Position numbers and translations under genes: made by a program. DNA of 64,000 bases from assembly GCF_964204645.1 (NCBI RefSeq), contig NC_134035.1, positions 4,650,001 to 4,714,000 on the forward strand. The letters run 5' to 3'. Below are positions 1-12,155 of this stretch, piece after piece (within the stretch, counting starts at the first letter, position 1; each line of letters opens with the position of its first letter). The stretch comes from Tubulanus polymorphus (lineage: Eukaryota > Animalia > Nemertea). The notes under the pieces are model-generated. The model had not been told where the DNA came from. It saw only the letters and a list, made by a program, of their open reading frames with translations, and did no database searches.

Positions 1-268
1 GCTAGGTATACATTTTTCAGAGGTTGAGAACGAGAGAGAAGGGATGAATGCATGGTCGTGCGGGGAGGTCAAAGAAAGGCAATGAGGAAAGTAGAGTGTA
101 GGGTATACAGAGGAAACTGAGAGCGAGTGGAAAAGTGGGGAGATGGAGGAGAAAGGATGAAGGGAGTGAGGGGGAGAGGGGAGGTAGGGAGAGAGCTAGG
201 ACAGCGCGACTGTCATTCTTTCGCATAATTATCAAGTAAATGAATATGGACATAATCGGGTTTCACAC

Positions 269-272
<4 letters not shown>

Positions 273-305
<33 letters not shown>
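273..305. repeat. (TC)n microsatellite
   Basis: Pure TC run. Confidence 0.95.
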
Positions 306-310
<5 letters not shown>

Positions 311-1017
311 CGGCACACGATGAGGATGAGGACAAGGTGAGACGAGGTGAGGCGAGGCACGCCGTCGCTGATAATAATAAACCCCTCGTCGACGATTCCA
401 CAATTCCACGACGACGACGGAAACGCAGAAGAAAAAAAACACGTCGCATCCGTAATTGGACATTTAATAGCGATCTACCGCTGCGTTAAAACGATTAATT
501 GTCGCCGTGGAAACAACGCCTATAACAATGCCGGGCCCCGTGTGTGTGCGCGCGCCCGCGTACAATCGGTAGAGACGTATGTAAAGACGATGGCTCCGCG
601 CGGCACCGGTGGGTGTCTTTATTTGATCGCCATATTTCGCGATCAACGTCGTCATAAATTAATGACGTGTTTTTTTTTTGCGACGACAAAATTTTCTGGA
701 TATCGTTTTGTTTTCGAGTTAATCGGGAAACGTCGATTCATATAAAATCAACGCGACAGACACGTTTGTGATTTCATGTGAAAGCGAAATATTTTACGAG
801 CTCCTAAACAAACGACAATATAAAATACTTAAAACTTGCCGATCTTAGAAAACTGGGGACTGAGGTTACGTTTTCTTAATTCATCTTCATAATCTCGGGG
901 TAGGGTGTCAAGATATGAATTACTGCATAGTCTGGTGTACACTCAATTGACTTTGAATTAAGCCCCGGGTTAAAGTTAACAAAAGGGGTTCGGTAAAGTT
1001 GCAAAGTATGGCTTAGA

Positions 1018-1222
1018 TTTACGACCAGTGTAAGCTCATTTTGGTTCCATAGACAATCTAACAACTTAAGACTAGAGTAAGCTTATTTTAGTTCTAACCG
1101 ATCTAACAACTTAAGACCAGTGTAAGCTCATTTTGGTTCTATAACCAATCTAACAACCTAAGACCAATCTAAGACCATCTTAGTTCTGTCGGCAATCTAA
1201 CAACTCAAGACCAGCGTTAAGA
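1018..1222 (-). repeat. ~46-47 bp minisatellite (~4 units) derived from the interior of the 47123-47260 MITE family
   Basis: Unit ttaagaccagtgtaagctcattttggttctatarccaatctaacaac is close to the reverse complement of gtgttagattggctatagaaccaagttggtcttagactggtcttaag inside the MITE at 47123. Confidence 0.85.
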
Positions 1223-1908
1223 TTAAGAACCCCTTTTAGACTTTAAAGAGAAACTGCGCAATTGAGAAGTTAGATTCGGAACCCGATAACCCGTCAGCAT
1301 CAGTGAGCATTCTATAAGTTTCAGCCTTTGTCGTTCTTCGGGGTCGGGCATCGGCGCATTATACCCGTAAGAATAAACGAACTTATATATTACCGGACTA
1401 GTATATGACAAGGTATTAGATCATATTACCGACACGCGTCGATAATACGGTTCAATACGGCTCGATAAAATCATTAGAAATCTATTATCCTCGTGCTACC
1501 ATCAAACACCGAGCTGGTCGCGCCGTTCGATAATTCTATTAACACCATCATCATCACAGATATACAACATTAATGGTCGAATGGCCACGGATGACGACGA
1601 CGCCGCCGCGCGAAATACCTACGCACACGCCTCGGCGAGGGCGGCCACTGTAAAGATTTGTTTTTATTCGAATAAAAAAAGAATATACTCAGCTGGAGAA
1701 TCGTATCGACCGAATTGAATACACATTCTTTTTCATAACTCGGCTTCAGAGGAAATTCTCCGGTGCATTCGTTAGAAATAACCCGAAGCGAGGCGGTTAC
1801 AATACTATCAATTCAATGAGATGATAATAGTAGAGTCTTTAGTTGACGTTGAAGTGAAACCCAAGAACGAACTCATTGTTTCCGAATAACTTCTGTCTTT
1901 CAAGCAAG

Positions 1909-2047
1909 CAGGGGCTACAGTTGGTCGAAAGTTGGTTAAAAGTAACCGGCGGATAAATACATTATAGTAACGATGAACTTTTAATCGTCACTATGTCAAC
2001 TATCCACTGGTTAACTCTAACCAACTTATGAGTAACTGCAGCCTCTG
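1909..2047. mobile_element. CWG-flanked hairpin MITE (PIF/Harbinger-like), copy 1 of an adjacent pair
   Basis: CAG|gggctacagttg...taactgcagcct|CTG; imperfect terminal inverted repeats; interior homologous to 2058-2202. Confidence 0.75.
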
Positions 2048-2057
2048 TTCCGCAGTT

Positions 2058-2202
2058 CTGGGGCCAGTTGCTCAAACGTTTAAAGATAATCATCGAATAA
2101 ATACTATAGTAACTATGAACTTTTAATTATATATATTGTCACTATGTCAACTATCCACTGGTAAACTCGAACTAACTTTATTCAGAGCAACTGTAGCCCC
2201 AC
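2058..2202. mobile_element. CWG-flanked hairpin MITE, copy 2 of the adjacent pair
   Basis: CTG|gggccagttgctc...gagcaactgtagccc; shares atagtaac.atgaacttttaat and gtcactatgtcaactatccactgg with copy 1. Confidence 0.75.
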
Positions 2203-2595
2203 AAGTATTTCACCTTAAACATTAGAAACGACAGTTCATCGTTCTTATGACCGACGGTTTCAATTTTAATTCTACGATAATCTAAAATATCAGGCGTTGT
2301 TCTTTGCGCGTGTATTTCACGTATTCCCATCGGTTTCTTCTACGCGCGTTCAAATCTCCCGAATAAAAAGCATTTACTACACAAGCGGCAAGCGAACTGA
2401 CAACACCTACAAGAGCTAACCAACACCCGTGAGAGGGTATGAACCTTTCGTAAAACGATACAAATATCTTTTTCAAAATTCGTAGAGAAAAACTTCTGCT
2501 ACGGTTTCGAGTTATTCGAGTTGTTCACGCGCCGGTAACGAGAAATCTGCTGAGCTGGCAATTTACGCGCGTGTTGGCTACACACAACCAGACAG

Positions 2596-2628
2596 TGGCG
2601 TCATCTGGTGGTCGAACGAGGAACTTCC
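2596..2628 (-). promoter_or_regulatory. CTCF-like site with possible upstream module
   Basis: Minus strand reads GGAAGTTCC-N8-CCACCAGATGACGCCA; one mismatch to the core CCASYAGRKGGCR. Confidence 0.35.
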
Positions 2629-2886
2629 ACTCGGTGTTTAATAAGCAATTTGTTTAGATTCGAAAACATAGCGCGAGATTATCGACTAATCGGTGCTTCT
2701 AATCCGGGAGAGATGGAAAAAATTTCTGTCGTTTCAATTTCAATCGAGGTTGTTGTCCACCACGGACCTTTTTCTAAACATAATATATACTACTGTATAA
2801 TTCACCCCTTGAGTCGAATACAATACCATTAAAAAACTGAAGATTTTTTTTTGCGATGAGAATCAATGGCCTGAGTGTTGTTACTA

Positions 2887-3244
2887 CAGTGGAACCTCGT
2901 AACAACGAACTTCAGGAGACTGGAAAATCTGTTCGTTATAACTGATACAGCGGAACCTCGTTACAACGATTTTCAGGAGACCTGAAAATGTGTTTGTTAT
3001 AACTGATGCAGCGGAACCTCGTTACAACGAACTTCAGGAGACCTGAAAATGTGTTCGTTATAACTGATACAGCGGAACCTCGTTACAACGAACTTCAGGA
3101 GATCAGAAAAACTATTCATTATAACCAGCAATGGTTTGTTTGTTATCAAATCCAATATTAGATGATCCGAATTTTGAAGTTGTCGTCAAATCCGATTTAA
3201 ATCGTTTTATATCCCAATCATTCGTTACATCCGAGGTTCCACTG
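2887..3244 (+). mobile_element. pogo/Tigger-like (Tc1/mariner superfamily) MITE whose left end is repeated four times in tandem (61-bp unit)
   Basis: TA|CAGTGGAACCTCG...CGAGGTTCCACTG|TA: perfect 13-bp TIR and TA duplication; units start at 2885, 2946, 3007 and 3068. Confidence 0.9.
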
Positions 3245-4208
3245 TATACAAGCGCTCTTCCAAACACTGTTGAATACTTTCTGATTCGGAAAACTCGAAA
3301 CAGTTCTTATTCAATGTAGAGCAGTTTTTTTTCTCCGATTAATCCTACTTCTTCTCTATCTTTTTTTCTAAGGTAAAGTTTTCGTCGCGAAGGGTGAAAA
3401 ATAACGTGTTTTGTATGAAAGACTTGTGCGCGTTTTGCTTGTGAAGTTATATTGTTATTATTAATATATACGGAATAGAATAATAATCATGTTGGATCCT
3501 ACCTGCACCAGAAAGCCGCATTGACGTATACTGTTCACCACTACAAGGGTACCTACCTATAAATATACGAAAAATAAATACAACGATTAGATGAAGAGTA
3601 TTTCAGCATTCAAGGGTGAAATTTAAAAAAAAAGAAAGGTTAATTCTTTACTAGCCAATATTTTTGGTCCCACTGATGTTTTACGCATTAATAACCCTTC
3701 ACAATGCATTCTCATAGATATGCTGCATTTTGTGCAACCGCATGGTAAATTTTTCATATCTTTTTCACACAACTTTCATCGCCGTCGATTAAAACGGGGT
3801 ATTTCTGAAAAATATCAAAATGGGCCGGGCCAAGAACTGGGTCGTTGGAACTGCTCAGGTGAATATCCCCTCCCTGACACGGCATCGCATGCGAACACGC
3901 GACGAACTGAGTTTTATAACTTCTTCAGCGCGCGGCGAAATTGAAATATGAAAATCATGACAATAGAACTTTACAATGGATTGTTTTTCAAGTTTTTTTT
4001 TCATTGTTTGGTACCGCGATGATACGACTGCGCGATACGGTGAGTTACGTTTAGGGCTGCAGGAAGTAACAATCTCGTTTTCGAAGCGTCAGTCGTTTTT
4101 TAGACGCGGTAGACCCTCGCGTTTATTTCCGTCTAGAATGCCGCGAACGGCTGCTGGAGAGTGCTCTCATTCGGCGACAGCGTTCTCTCTCAAACAGTTA
4201 CCCTCATT

Positions 4209-4271
<63 letters not shown>

Positions 4272-4272
4272 T
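4209..4272. repeat. (CA)n(TA)n compound microsatellite
   Basis: Read directly from the sequence. Confidence 0.95.
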
Positions 4273-4827
4273 CCGCGTTAAGAAAATTCGAGAGAAAAAA
4301 ATACTCATCATCCACCACCGACATGCCCTGATTGGAGGAGATCCATCGTTACAACTGCGGAATAAGCATCCACATCTTCCACCATGACTATTACCGGTAA
4401 ACAATGCATTGGAAATAATGGTCAATACAAAGTTTCTCGTGAATGAAGCCTGCCAGTGTTACCCATTGACATACACATCGCGGCCTTAGAAAAATTCATG
4501 AAAACCTTTCCGAGTAAGTAAAAGGCTAAATGCACTTTTAGTGAGTGACTACACAACTCGTTGACATGTGTGACAATTCGATTCAAGCGGTCAGATGATT
4601 GCCCCTTTCTGTAAGGGGATCGTCCGAACAGCTGATGTTACGTGTGAACTGATTACATTTAACCTATTGATTCAACGGATTGAACTCGGAAAATCGAAAC
4701 AAAATACGGATTGCGGATTGAACGTCATTTTAGAATTGAATTTCAATCGCATCCGATTCAGTTATGACTCTTATTATGTTATATATTCAGCCTGTACAAT
4801 CAGTGGGGTAAAACCTTTGATCACCTG

Positions 4828-5090
4828 GTAATCAAGGGGGTAAGACCCTCGGTAACATCTTTCATATTTCTGTTAAAATTAATCAGTAATCAAGGGGTGG
4901 TAAGACCCTCAGTAACATCTTTCCTATTTCTATGCAAGTTAATCAGTAATCAAGGGGGGTAAGACCCTCAGTAACATCTTTCATATTTCTGTTCAAATTA
5001 ACCAGTAATCAAAGGGGTAAGACCCTCAGTAATACCTTTCATATTTCTATAAGACCCTTAGTAACATCATTCATATTTCAGCAAAAATTG
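4828..5090 (+). repeat. 58-60 bp minisatellite (~4.5 units); solo unit at ~29446-29513
   Basis: gtaatcaaggggggtaagaccctcagtaacatctttcatatttctgttaaaattaatca repeated at 4828, 4886, 4946 and 5005; diverged monomer at 29.45 kb. Confidence 0.9.
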
Positions 5091-6174
5091 AACAAATGAA
5101 ATCAGTATCCGAGGGGATCAGCGGGGCCAAAATAGTAACAAAAACACAAAAATCAGGAACAGCATGAGGGTGCTCCGGGCGGCTAGTATAAGGCTAGGCG
5201 ACCCCTGCGTTCGTATATAATCACGCATTAGTTGAATAATCGATCGACATGGTGTGATCCGCGTTAATCGTATAAATTAGCTATAATAGTAATTAACGAT
5301 ATTAATCAAATACTTATAAATCTCGACGATTATATCGACGAATCAATAATGAGTTCAGAATGAGGGAACTGTAAACGTTCGAAAAGACAGAAAAAGCAAA
5401 TCGGATAGCAAATAGTTGACCGAGGCTGTTGATAATGTAGTTACAATTGACAATTGAAAACGGACTGATTTAATTCAAACCATACAACGGCGTTCGGTTG
5501 AAAGCTGAATCGCGTGTGAATCATTGAGACGTAGCAAGAGAACGATTGCCAATAACACGAGCACATACAGTATCAGCAGCAAAAACCAACCAGCGCAGGA
5601 CAGCGCGGAGAGAGAGAGAGAGACAGATCAATCAGAATGATCGTTGATTGAACAACCAACTAGAATGACCTCTTTCAATCAACAAATTGACCTCAACCAA
5701 TAACATAATTTAACCCTTTCCAAGACAACGGCAGCGACGACGACGACGAACGACGCCACAAAATGTAGCCATCCCACTGACTGTCAAGTGAAGAGATTGA
5801 GCGCGACCGCAACATCGAAAGAAGAGAAAACTAGCGAGTCGATTTAAATGTCACCGAACTACAAAATCGATGTAAAAAGAACAGGAAATTCCTAACGTCT
5901 TCGTTGTTGTCATTTTCGGCCATGTTTGATTCGTATCCCGGACGCACGTACGGGGCGAGAGGGACGTTATCGTCGACTAAATTGAAACAAGCAAAGGTAA
6001 ACAATTTCGTGCGCGCGTGTGTGAATGTGACGGGCAGAAGAGAAGTGACGCTGATGATGAACCGAGCCAGAGGCTGTATTCGCTGTGTTCGCTGTATTCG
6101 CTGTGCGCGTGTTTGCTCAGTGTGACGAGGGGTTAGAATGTCATGTACTTCAACTTCTCATCTCGAAAATGCAG

Positions 6175-6650
6175 ACCGAAGGGGAGAGGGAGAGAGAGGG
6201 GCAAAGAGAAGAGAGAGCGAGAGAGATGGGTGAAGGCGAAGGGGAAGAGGGAGTGAGAAGGGAGAGAGCGGTCGAGGTAGGGAGATAATTGGGAAGGAAA
6301 GGGTGAAGAGATCGGTAGATGAGCTTGAGAAGAAAAATGGTAGATTAAAGATGGAATGATGGAATGGGAAAGGACAGGGCAGAAGGAAAAGGTAAGAGAG
6401 GGCTTGAAAGGAAAGGGACAGCGACTGAGGGATAGAGGGACTGAGGATGTGTCCATAACTCTTAACCCCTAAAGGGACCCTTTTTCCCCTAGAATCATTC
6501 AGAAACCAGAAAGGAGAGGCTAAGAGAGGGCTTGAAGGGAAAGAGACAGCCACCGAGAGATAGAAGGACCCGGGATGTGTCTAGAAGCGCACTTAACCCC
6601 TGAAGGGACTGCCGAACGGAAATTTTTTCCCCTGGAAACATTCAGAAACC
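6175..6650 (+). repeat. Polypurine tract followed by a ~128 bp direct duplication
   Basis: GA-rich from 6175; taagagagggcttgaa...ggatgtgtc...ttaacccct.aagggac...cattcagaaacca starts at 6393 and 6521. Confidence 0.85.
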
Positions 6651-7229
6651 ACTCACTCACTCGGCACCGTCGCGTTCTTCTTCACAAAATTGCCAATTTC
6701 GACATCGGGTTTAATTTCGTCATCCGATAAGTAGTGGATATAATTGCAGAAACCGAGAGTCGAACGGAACCGACGACGACGGCGACCGGCGATGATTCGA
6801 CTCTCACCGCCGCCGCTGGCTATATCGGTATTGTATTTGTACAACCCTCCGCGCAGGTTACAGATGCTTGGCCCTTCCTTCGTATATGCCTCGCAGATAT
6901 CTCGCGCCGCTGTCATCGTCGCAGCTCGGCGCGGCGCGGTCCAACGCCGGAACGAGGCCTGAACTTTCCTTCGTCGATCGGAACAAATCAAATACACGCT
7001 GAAAACTCGTAATTAACGCCGCGGCAATTCTTACCGTTTAAAGCCCGCGAGATATAATTTCATCATCGTCGATCCCCACGATTTCAACAAATATATCATT
7101 AAAAATTCAACGCGTTTCAAATAATTCGAAAAAAAGAACATATTTCAGCCGACAGCGGTGTAAGTCGTATTACAACGCTGGCCAAATATACATGTAAAAT
7201 ATACTCAATTTGAAAAGCCGATTGCTGAC

Positions 7230-7271
<42 letters not shown>

Positions 7272-7873
7272 TGAAAAAGGTTATTAATTTCTTTCAAGGA
7301 ATAGTTTTCTAATCAGCTCTGGAATTAGAAGCTTAAAATCCTCAAAATTCAGCGCCAGATTTTAAGTGAAAGATAACGCGTTAGAATGTTGGCATGTTTG
7401 ATTGATTAAACCGGAGCAGATTGTTTCAGGTATGTGTCACGCAGATTGGTGGGTACAGCGACGTACAACACGCGCCCGCTTAAACATATCAAATTCATTT
7501 TTCCACTTCGACAAAGAACGTATTAACTATTACATACAGATTTCCCTAGATTAGAGAGCATAACATGCGGCACGCAAAGGGTTAATTCGAATGAGAAATA
7601 GCTAAGATAAAAAGTTGAAAGTTTAACCTGAAGGTTAATGTTAAAGAAAAAGCATTCGGGCTTTCTGCAAATGATCTAAAAATGCAAGCATTTTCGATGT
7701 AATCTTAGCCATGTTATTTCCATTTTGTCATATGTTTTTGTAAAGAGGGAAAACACCGAACCCGTTTGTTCGCCAGTTCAGGCTGGACGGAAGATTTTTT
7801 CTAACCCCAAACCGGGGATAAAATTTCTAAATTCTGTATGTCCGAATAGATTCCATCTTCTATATTTTGTACC

Positions 7874-7977
7874 CAGGGCCCGGTTCCACAGTTGCGAGTA
7901 ATAGTTAAAATCAGTTCATTTCCAATGAGTAAACTCCGAGCTACAATCTTAACTTGCAACTGCGGAACTGGATCCAG
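7874..7977. mobile_element. CWG-flanked hairpin MITE (PIF/Harbinger-like)
   Basis: CAG|ggcccggttccacagttgcgagt...acttgcaactgcggaactggatc|CAG; ~23-bp imperfect TIR with an exact CAG duplication. Confidence 0.85.
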
Positions 7978-9671
7978 ATTTTTGAATATTTCATTCCTGG
8001 TAGGTCTAGCGATTGGGATTAATGAAATGAATTAGATATTCTTGTTGAAACGGATTATTGTTGAAGAGCAATTTCAATGTATTGGTCAGTTGTATTCATC
8101 TCGAGCTCGCGATGAGATGACGAAGAATGCCTGCAGTGAACCGATCTCCGAGGAATGTCAACAATCGGGTCGCGGAAGTGTCGGTCATTTCCTGTTCTCG
8201 AGCGCGGATCGCGATCGAGCTCGAGCTCGCGCGTCGTCGGCGTCTCGTTCCGAGGACGAGTTCGTCGCCGTCTTAATCTCCCGCCGAATCGAGCGACGAC
8301 GACGGAAATTTGAACGCCACCGACGACAACGGTAATTAACGGACGGACCGCGAGCGTTAGAGGTGAAACGTCGCGCGCCGGTCTCTTCACGCGCGTTTCG
8401 TACGCTTATATCTGACAAAACCAGATCCTCTTCAACTAGAATCTCGACCGCGTCGTAACGTCGTACGTCGTACGTCCGCGATTCAACTAATTAACGTTCA
8501 AACGAACGTCGAAGAAATCGAATCGCGACGACGACGCCTAATCGGTTCGTTTCGAACTTTAATAGTCTTAAATTTAGTGGCAATTTCCGAACGCGTCGAA
8601 AAGAACGAGAGCGCGAACGAACACCGTCGGATAATTCTTTAATTTGAACAGATGCCGGAGATTGATGGTTAGAAATCGATGTGGACTCGGCTTAGGTTCG
8701 AATTGTCAAGCGATCCGACTTTTCTAGTAAATCCGCAGGTCGGCGCCCATTTCAACATCTTCGCTTCATCGTATAGTTTATAAGAACGAAGAGGTGGCAT
8801 ACTTTCTCATCGGTTTAATTGGCCTTCGAGTTATTGTTTCGTTATCGTGTAAAAGACCGTCGAAAAGAATGCTCAAGCGAAACGACATTGATCTAAATGG
8901 TAACATCCGCATTTTACCATAGCGAAAGACCATTGAAATCAATGTTGAAGCAGAAGAACATTGATTTTAAAAGATCATCGAATGGTAATATCTTCGTTTT
9001 ACCATAAAAATGTTAAGGCGATATCAATGGTAATACCTCCATTAAAGACCTACTATACTAAACGACGCGGTTTACATATTTTCACACAAACGTATGAAAA
9101 TAGATATCAAAACTGAACTGAACGAAGTCACCCAGTATAGCAGGATAATATATACCAGTCAAAAGCTTACATGACGAATATATTACGCAGTTTTACCCAT
9201 AACTACATATAACAAAGATAAGCAGTTGAGCATTAGAGTAGACATTGTTGACCGAGCCCTAATGAGCGTGATTAATACGGACTTTCCAATTAACGAGAAG
9301 CTCTCTATCTGCAGAGGACGTATTGTTTACCGAGACAGACAGAGAGAGAGAGAAAGCGTGCGAGAGGCAAAGAGGGTAGAGAGGGTACCCCCTTATTGTC
9401 CCTCGATGTTCGTTTATATATCAAACACTAATCAGTATCGTCATTAGTTTGTATCACGACTAACACGATGACCTCATCTTAATTATTATCTAACGACCTA
9501 CTGTTAATTACCGACGACTGAGTGTAGAAACTCTGAACGAATACGCCGCCGCAGACAGCCACGAGCAAAAAATTCGTTCACCTTGTGAAGGTGAAACCAG
9601 AGGCACCAGCAACCAGACTGTTGTATAGTCGATACCGGTGTCGGATCATTTCGGTTCTGTAATCGATTTCA

Positions 9672-9900
9672 CGAGACTAGGTCTTAACCCATTTGCTTCC
9701 ATAGCAAGACCGATCTATCAACTTAAGACTAAGCTAACCAATTTCGGTTCTATAGCCAATCTAATAATTTAAGACTAGGTCTAAACTCATTTCGGTTCCC
9801 TAAGACAAATCTACTAACTTAAAACAAAGGTCAGCCATATTGGTTCTATAGCAAGACCGCTCTCAGTCCATTTTGGTTCCAAAGCTAAACCAGTCTATGC
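9672..9900 (-). repeat. Degenerate ~47 bp minisatellite, same family as 1018-1222
   Basis: Repeated ttaagactag...tttcggttctatagccaatcta.caac. Confidence 0.75.
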
Positions 9901-10002
9901 CTGTTTTCTTAAACTAATCTGATAACTAAGGCCGTACTTTGAGTCACGACAGAGCAACTAGACCTGCAGGGTTATTCATATCCTTTGTGGCATCATTTGC
10001 AA

Positions 10003-10113
<111 letters not shown>

Positions 10114-10851
10114 TCGTGCATGGTAAAGTTCGGGTCTAATGAAGTGCTATCACATGCAGCCATAATGAGAACATTACCGAAGTAATAACCACTCATTGAT
10201 GATCAAGATAAGCATTCAGAAAAACCATTCATATAAGCCCAGTCGCGAGGTCGAGGCGCTCTGAATGCCCGGATATCTTTAGACGTTCGTTTTCGTAATG
10301 TTTCAGGTTCCCGATCTAGCCTCGTTGCGTCTCTCATAAGAGATCTGGGATACAGTACGCCGTCGCCGCCATTTAGATTTCGAAATCCACACACGCAGCG
10401 AGATTCGGGTAGGGAAAGGGGGGTAGAAAAGAGGGGGATGGGGAGGAAAGAGTGGAAGAGAGGGAGTAAGAGGGAGCGAGTTGGAAATACGATCTGACTC
10501 ATTGCACAACGCCGAGTTTATCTACAATAACATTGAAGTGATGTTAACGTCAAAATCCGTGACAAAACACTTTCTCATTTTCCTCTCATTCACAACTTTA
10601 CTAAATACGCTGAATATGTACACAGCGTGTACACACACACACACACACATACACATACATAAATACGCTGTAGACAATTTTCAACCCGAAGTAGACCTAC
10701 TCCTTACCGAGGGATAACTTTTTAACGAGATTCTTTTTCGCTACTTAAAAACGGGTTAAGGTTAAAGCCTTCAAGCGAACTGAGATATGTCGACGGACAC
10801 GCCACGGAAATTTGGGGGCAAAATTAATGTTGAGATTTAAGAACAGTCTGT

Positions 10852-11427
10852 GCCCATCATGGTACTAGGCCCAATCTAGCTCATCCTGCTCTAGAGCTGG
10901 TTCTAGAGCTGAATTAGCCCATCCACGTTCTAGAGCTACTCTAGCCCATCCTGGTACTAGAGCTAATCTAGCCAATACTGGTTAGAGAGCCAAGCTAGCT
11001 CATCCTGGTCTAGAGTTAATTAATGAAGCCTGGTTCTAGAGCTAATCCAGCCCATCATTGTTGTAGAGCTAATCTAGCCCATCCTGATATTAGAACTAAT
11101 CTAGCCCATCGTGGTTCTAGAGCTAATCTAGCCCATCATTGTTGTAGAGCTAATGTAGCCCATCCTGATATTAGAACTAATCTAGCCCATCGTGGTTCTA
11201 GAGCTTATCTAGCCCATCATGGTTCTAGAGCTAATCTAGCCAATACTGGTTGGAGAGCCAAGCTAGCTCATCCTGGTCTAGAGTTAATTAATGAAGCCTG
11301 GTTCTAGAGCTAATCTAGCCCATCATTGTTGTAGAGCTAATCTAGCCCATCCTGATATTAGAACTAATCTAGCCCATCGTGGTTCTAGAGCTAATCTAGC
11401 CCATCATGGTTCTAGAGCTAATCTAAC
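10852..11427 (+). repeat. 27-bp minisatellite with higher-order (81 bp and ~268 bp) structure
   Basis: Unit tctagagctaatctagcccatcrtggt; the variant block ccaatactgg...ttaattaatgaagcc recurs at 10972 and 11240. Confidence 0.92.
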
Positions 11428-11907
11428 ACTTTAAGATCAGTCTACAACCAAATCACCTACTTAAGACCGCACCGAGCTCATTTTGGTTCATGATTTAAGG
11501 GTAGTTTTAGTAAACGTTTATTAATATGGATCAGCGAAGTATGAGTCGAAAATACACAGATGAACACAAACCGATGTATGCACGGGTGTTGCATTACCGG
11601 AGCACAATGTTTGACACATGTATGCGAAATTCGAAACGCAGCATACGCTGTCATCAAGCGTTGCCATCGGTGATGTTTTTTTCTATTGTTGATATTCAAC
11701 ACGTATACATTTCATTGTTATAATTCGTACGTACTTAGACAACGATGGACATATTCCGTGTTTTACGCTTTGCCATGCTCGCGCGGTAATAAGACCTCGG
11801 TGGTCGTTGATTGGCTGATATTTTTCGCTGCCACAGCGACCTAAATGAATACATTCACCGGCTTACTGAAATGCGCTGCCGTCGATTCTCCTGCGGTCCA
11901 ACTTCAC

Positions 11908-11986
11908 CAGCTCCCTTCAACAGGGATTCGAATTTGATGGCAATGAGATTGTCACTGTAAGAACCCCGCCTGGTTTAGCACCGGTC
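11908..11986 (+). mobile_element. Orphan arm of the tRNA-like foldback element
   Basis: cagggattcgaatttgatggcaatgagattgtcactgtaagaaccccgcc matches the left arm at 49370-49420. Confidence 0.7.
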
Positions 11987-12039
11987 AATGTGATGTTGTC
12001 CCGAAGAGTTGTACAGTTTTCTATACAGCCGATCACAAA

Positions 12040-12155
12040 TTTGGCCCATGAACAACTGTTCACACGGATGCCAAATGGGGCCATGCCTGTTAGGTACGAC
12101 CAGGGAGGTGGGAGTGGTCCGACTTAAAACCTGAAGCCAGGCCTGAGCCAAATTT
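12040..12155 (+). repeat. Dispersed repeat fragment shared with 34350-34415
   Basis: ttggccc...caactgttcacayggatgccaaatggg..rtgcct occurs at both sites; ccaggcctgagccaaat occurs inverted at 34398. Confidence 0.7.

Noticed and set aside
6462-6602. TTAA|CCCT piggyBac-like ends
   Set aside because: Both are in the same orientation within a direct duplication, with no matching opposite end.
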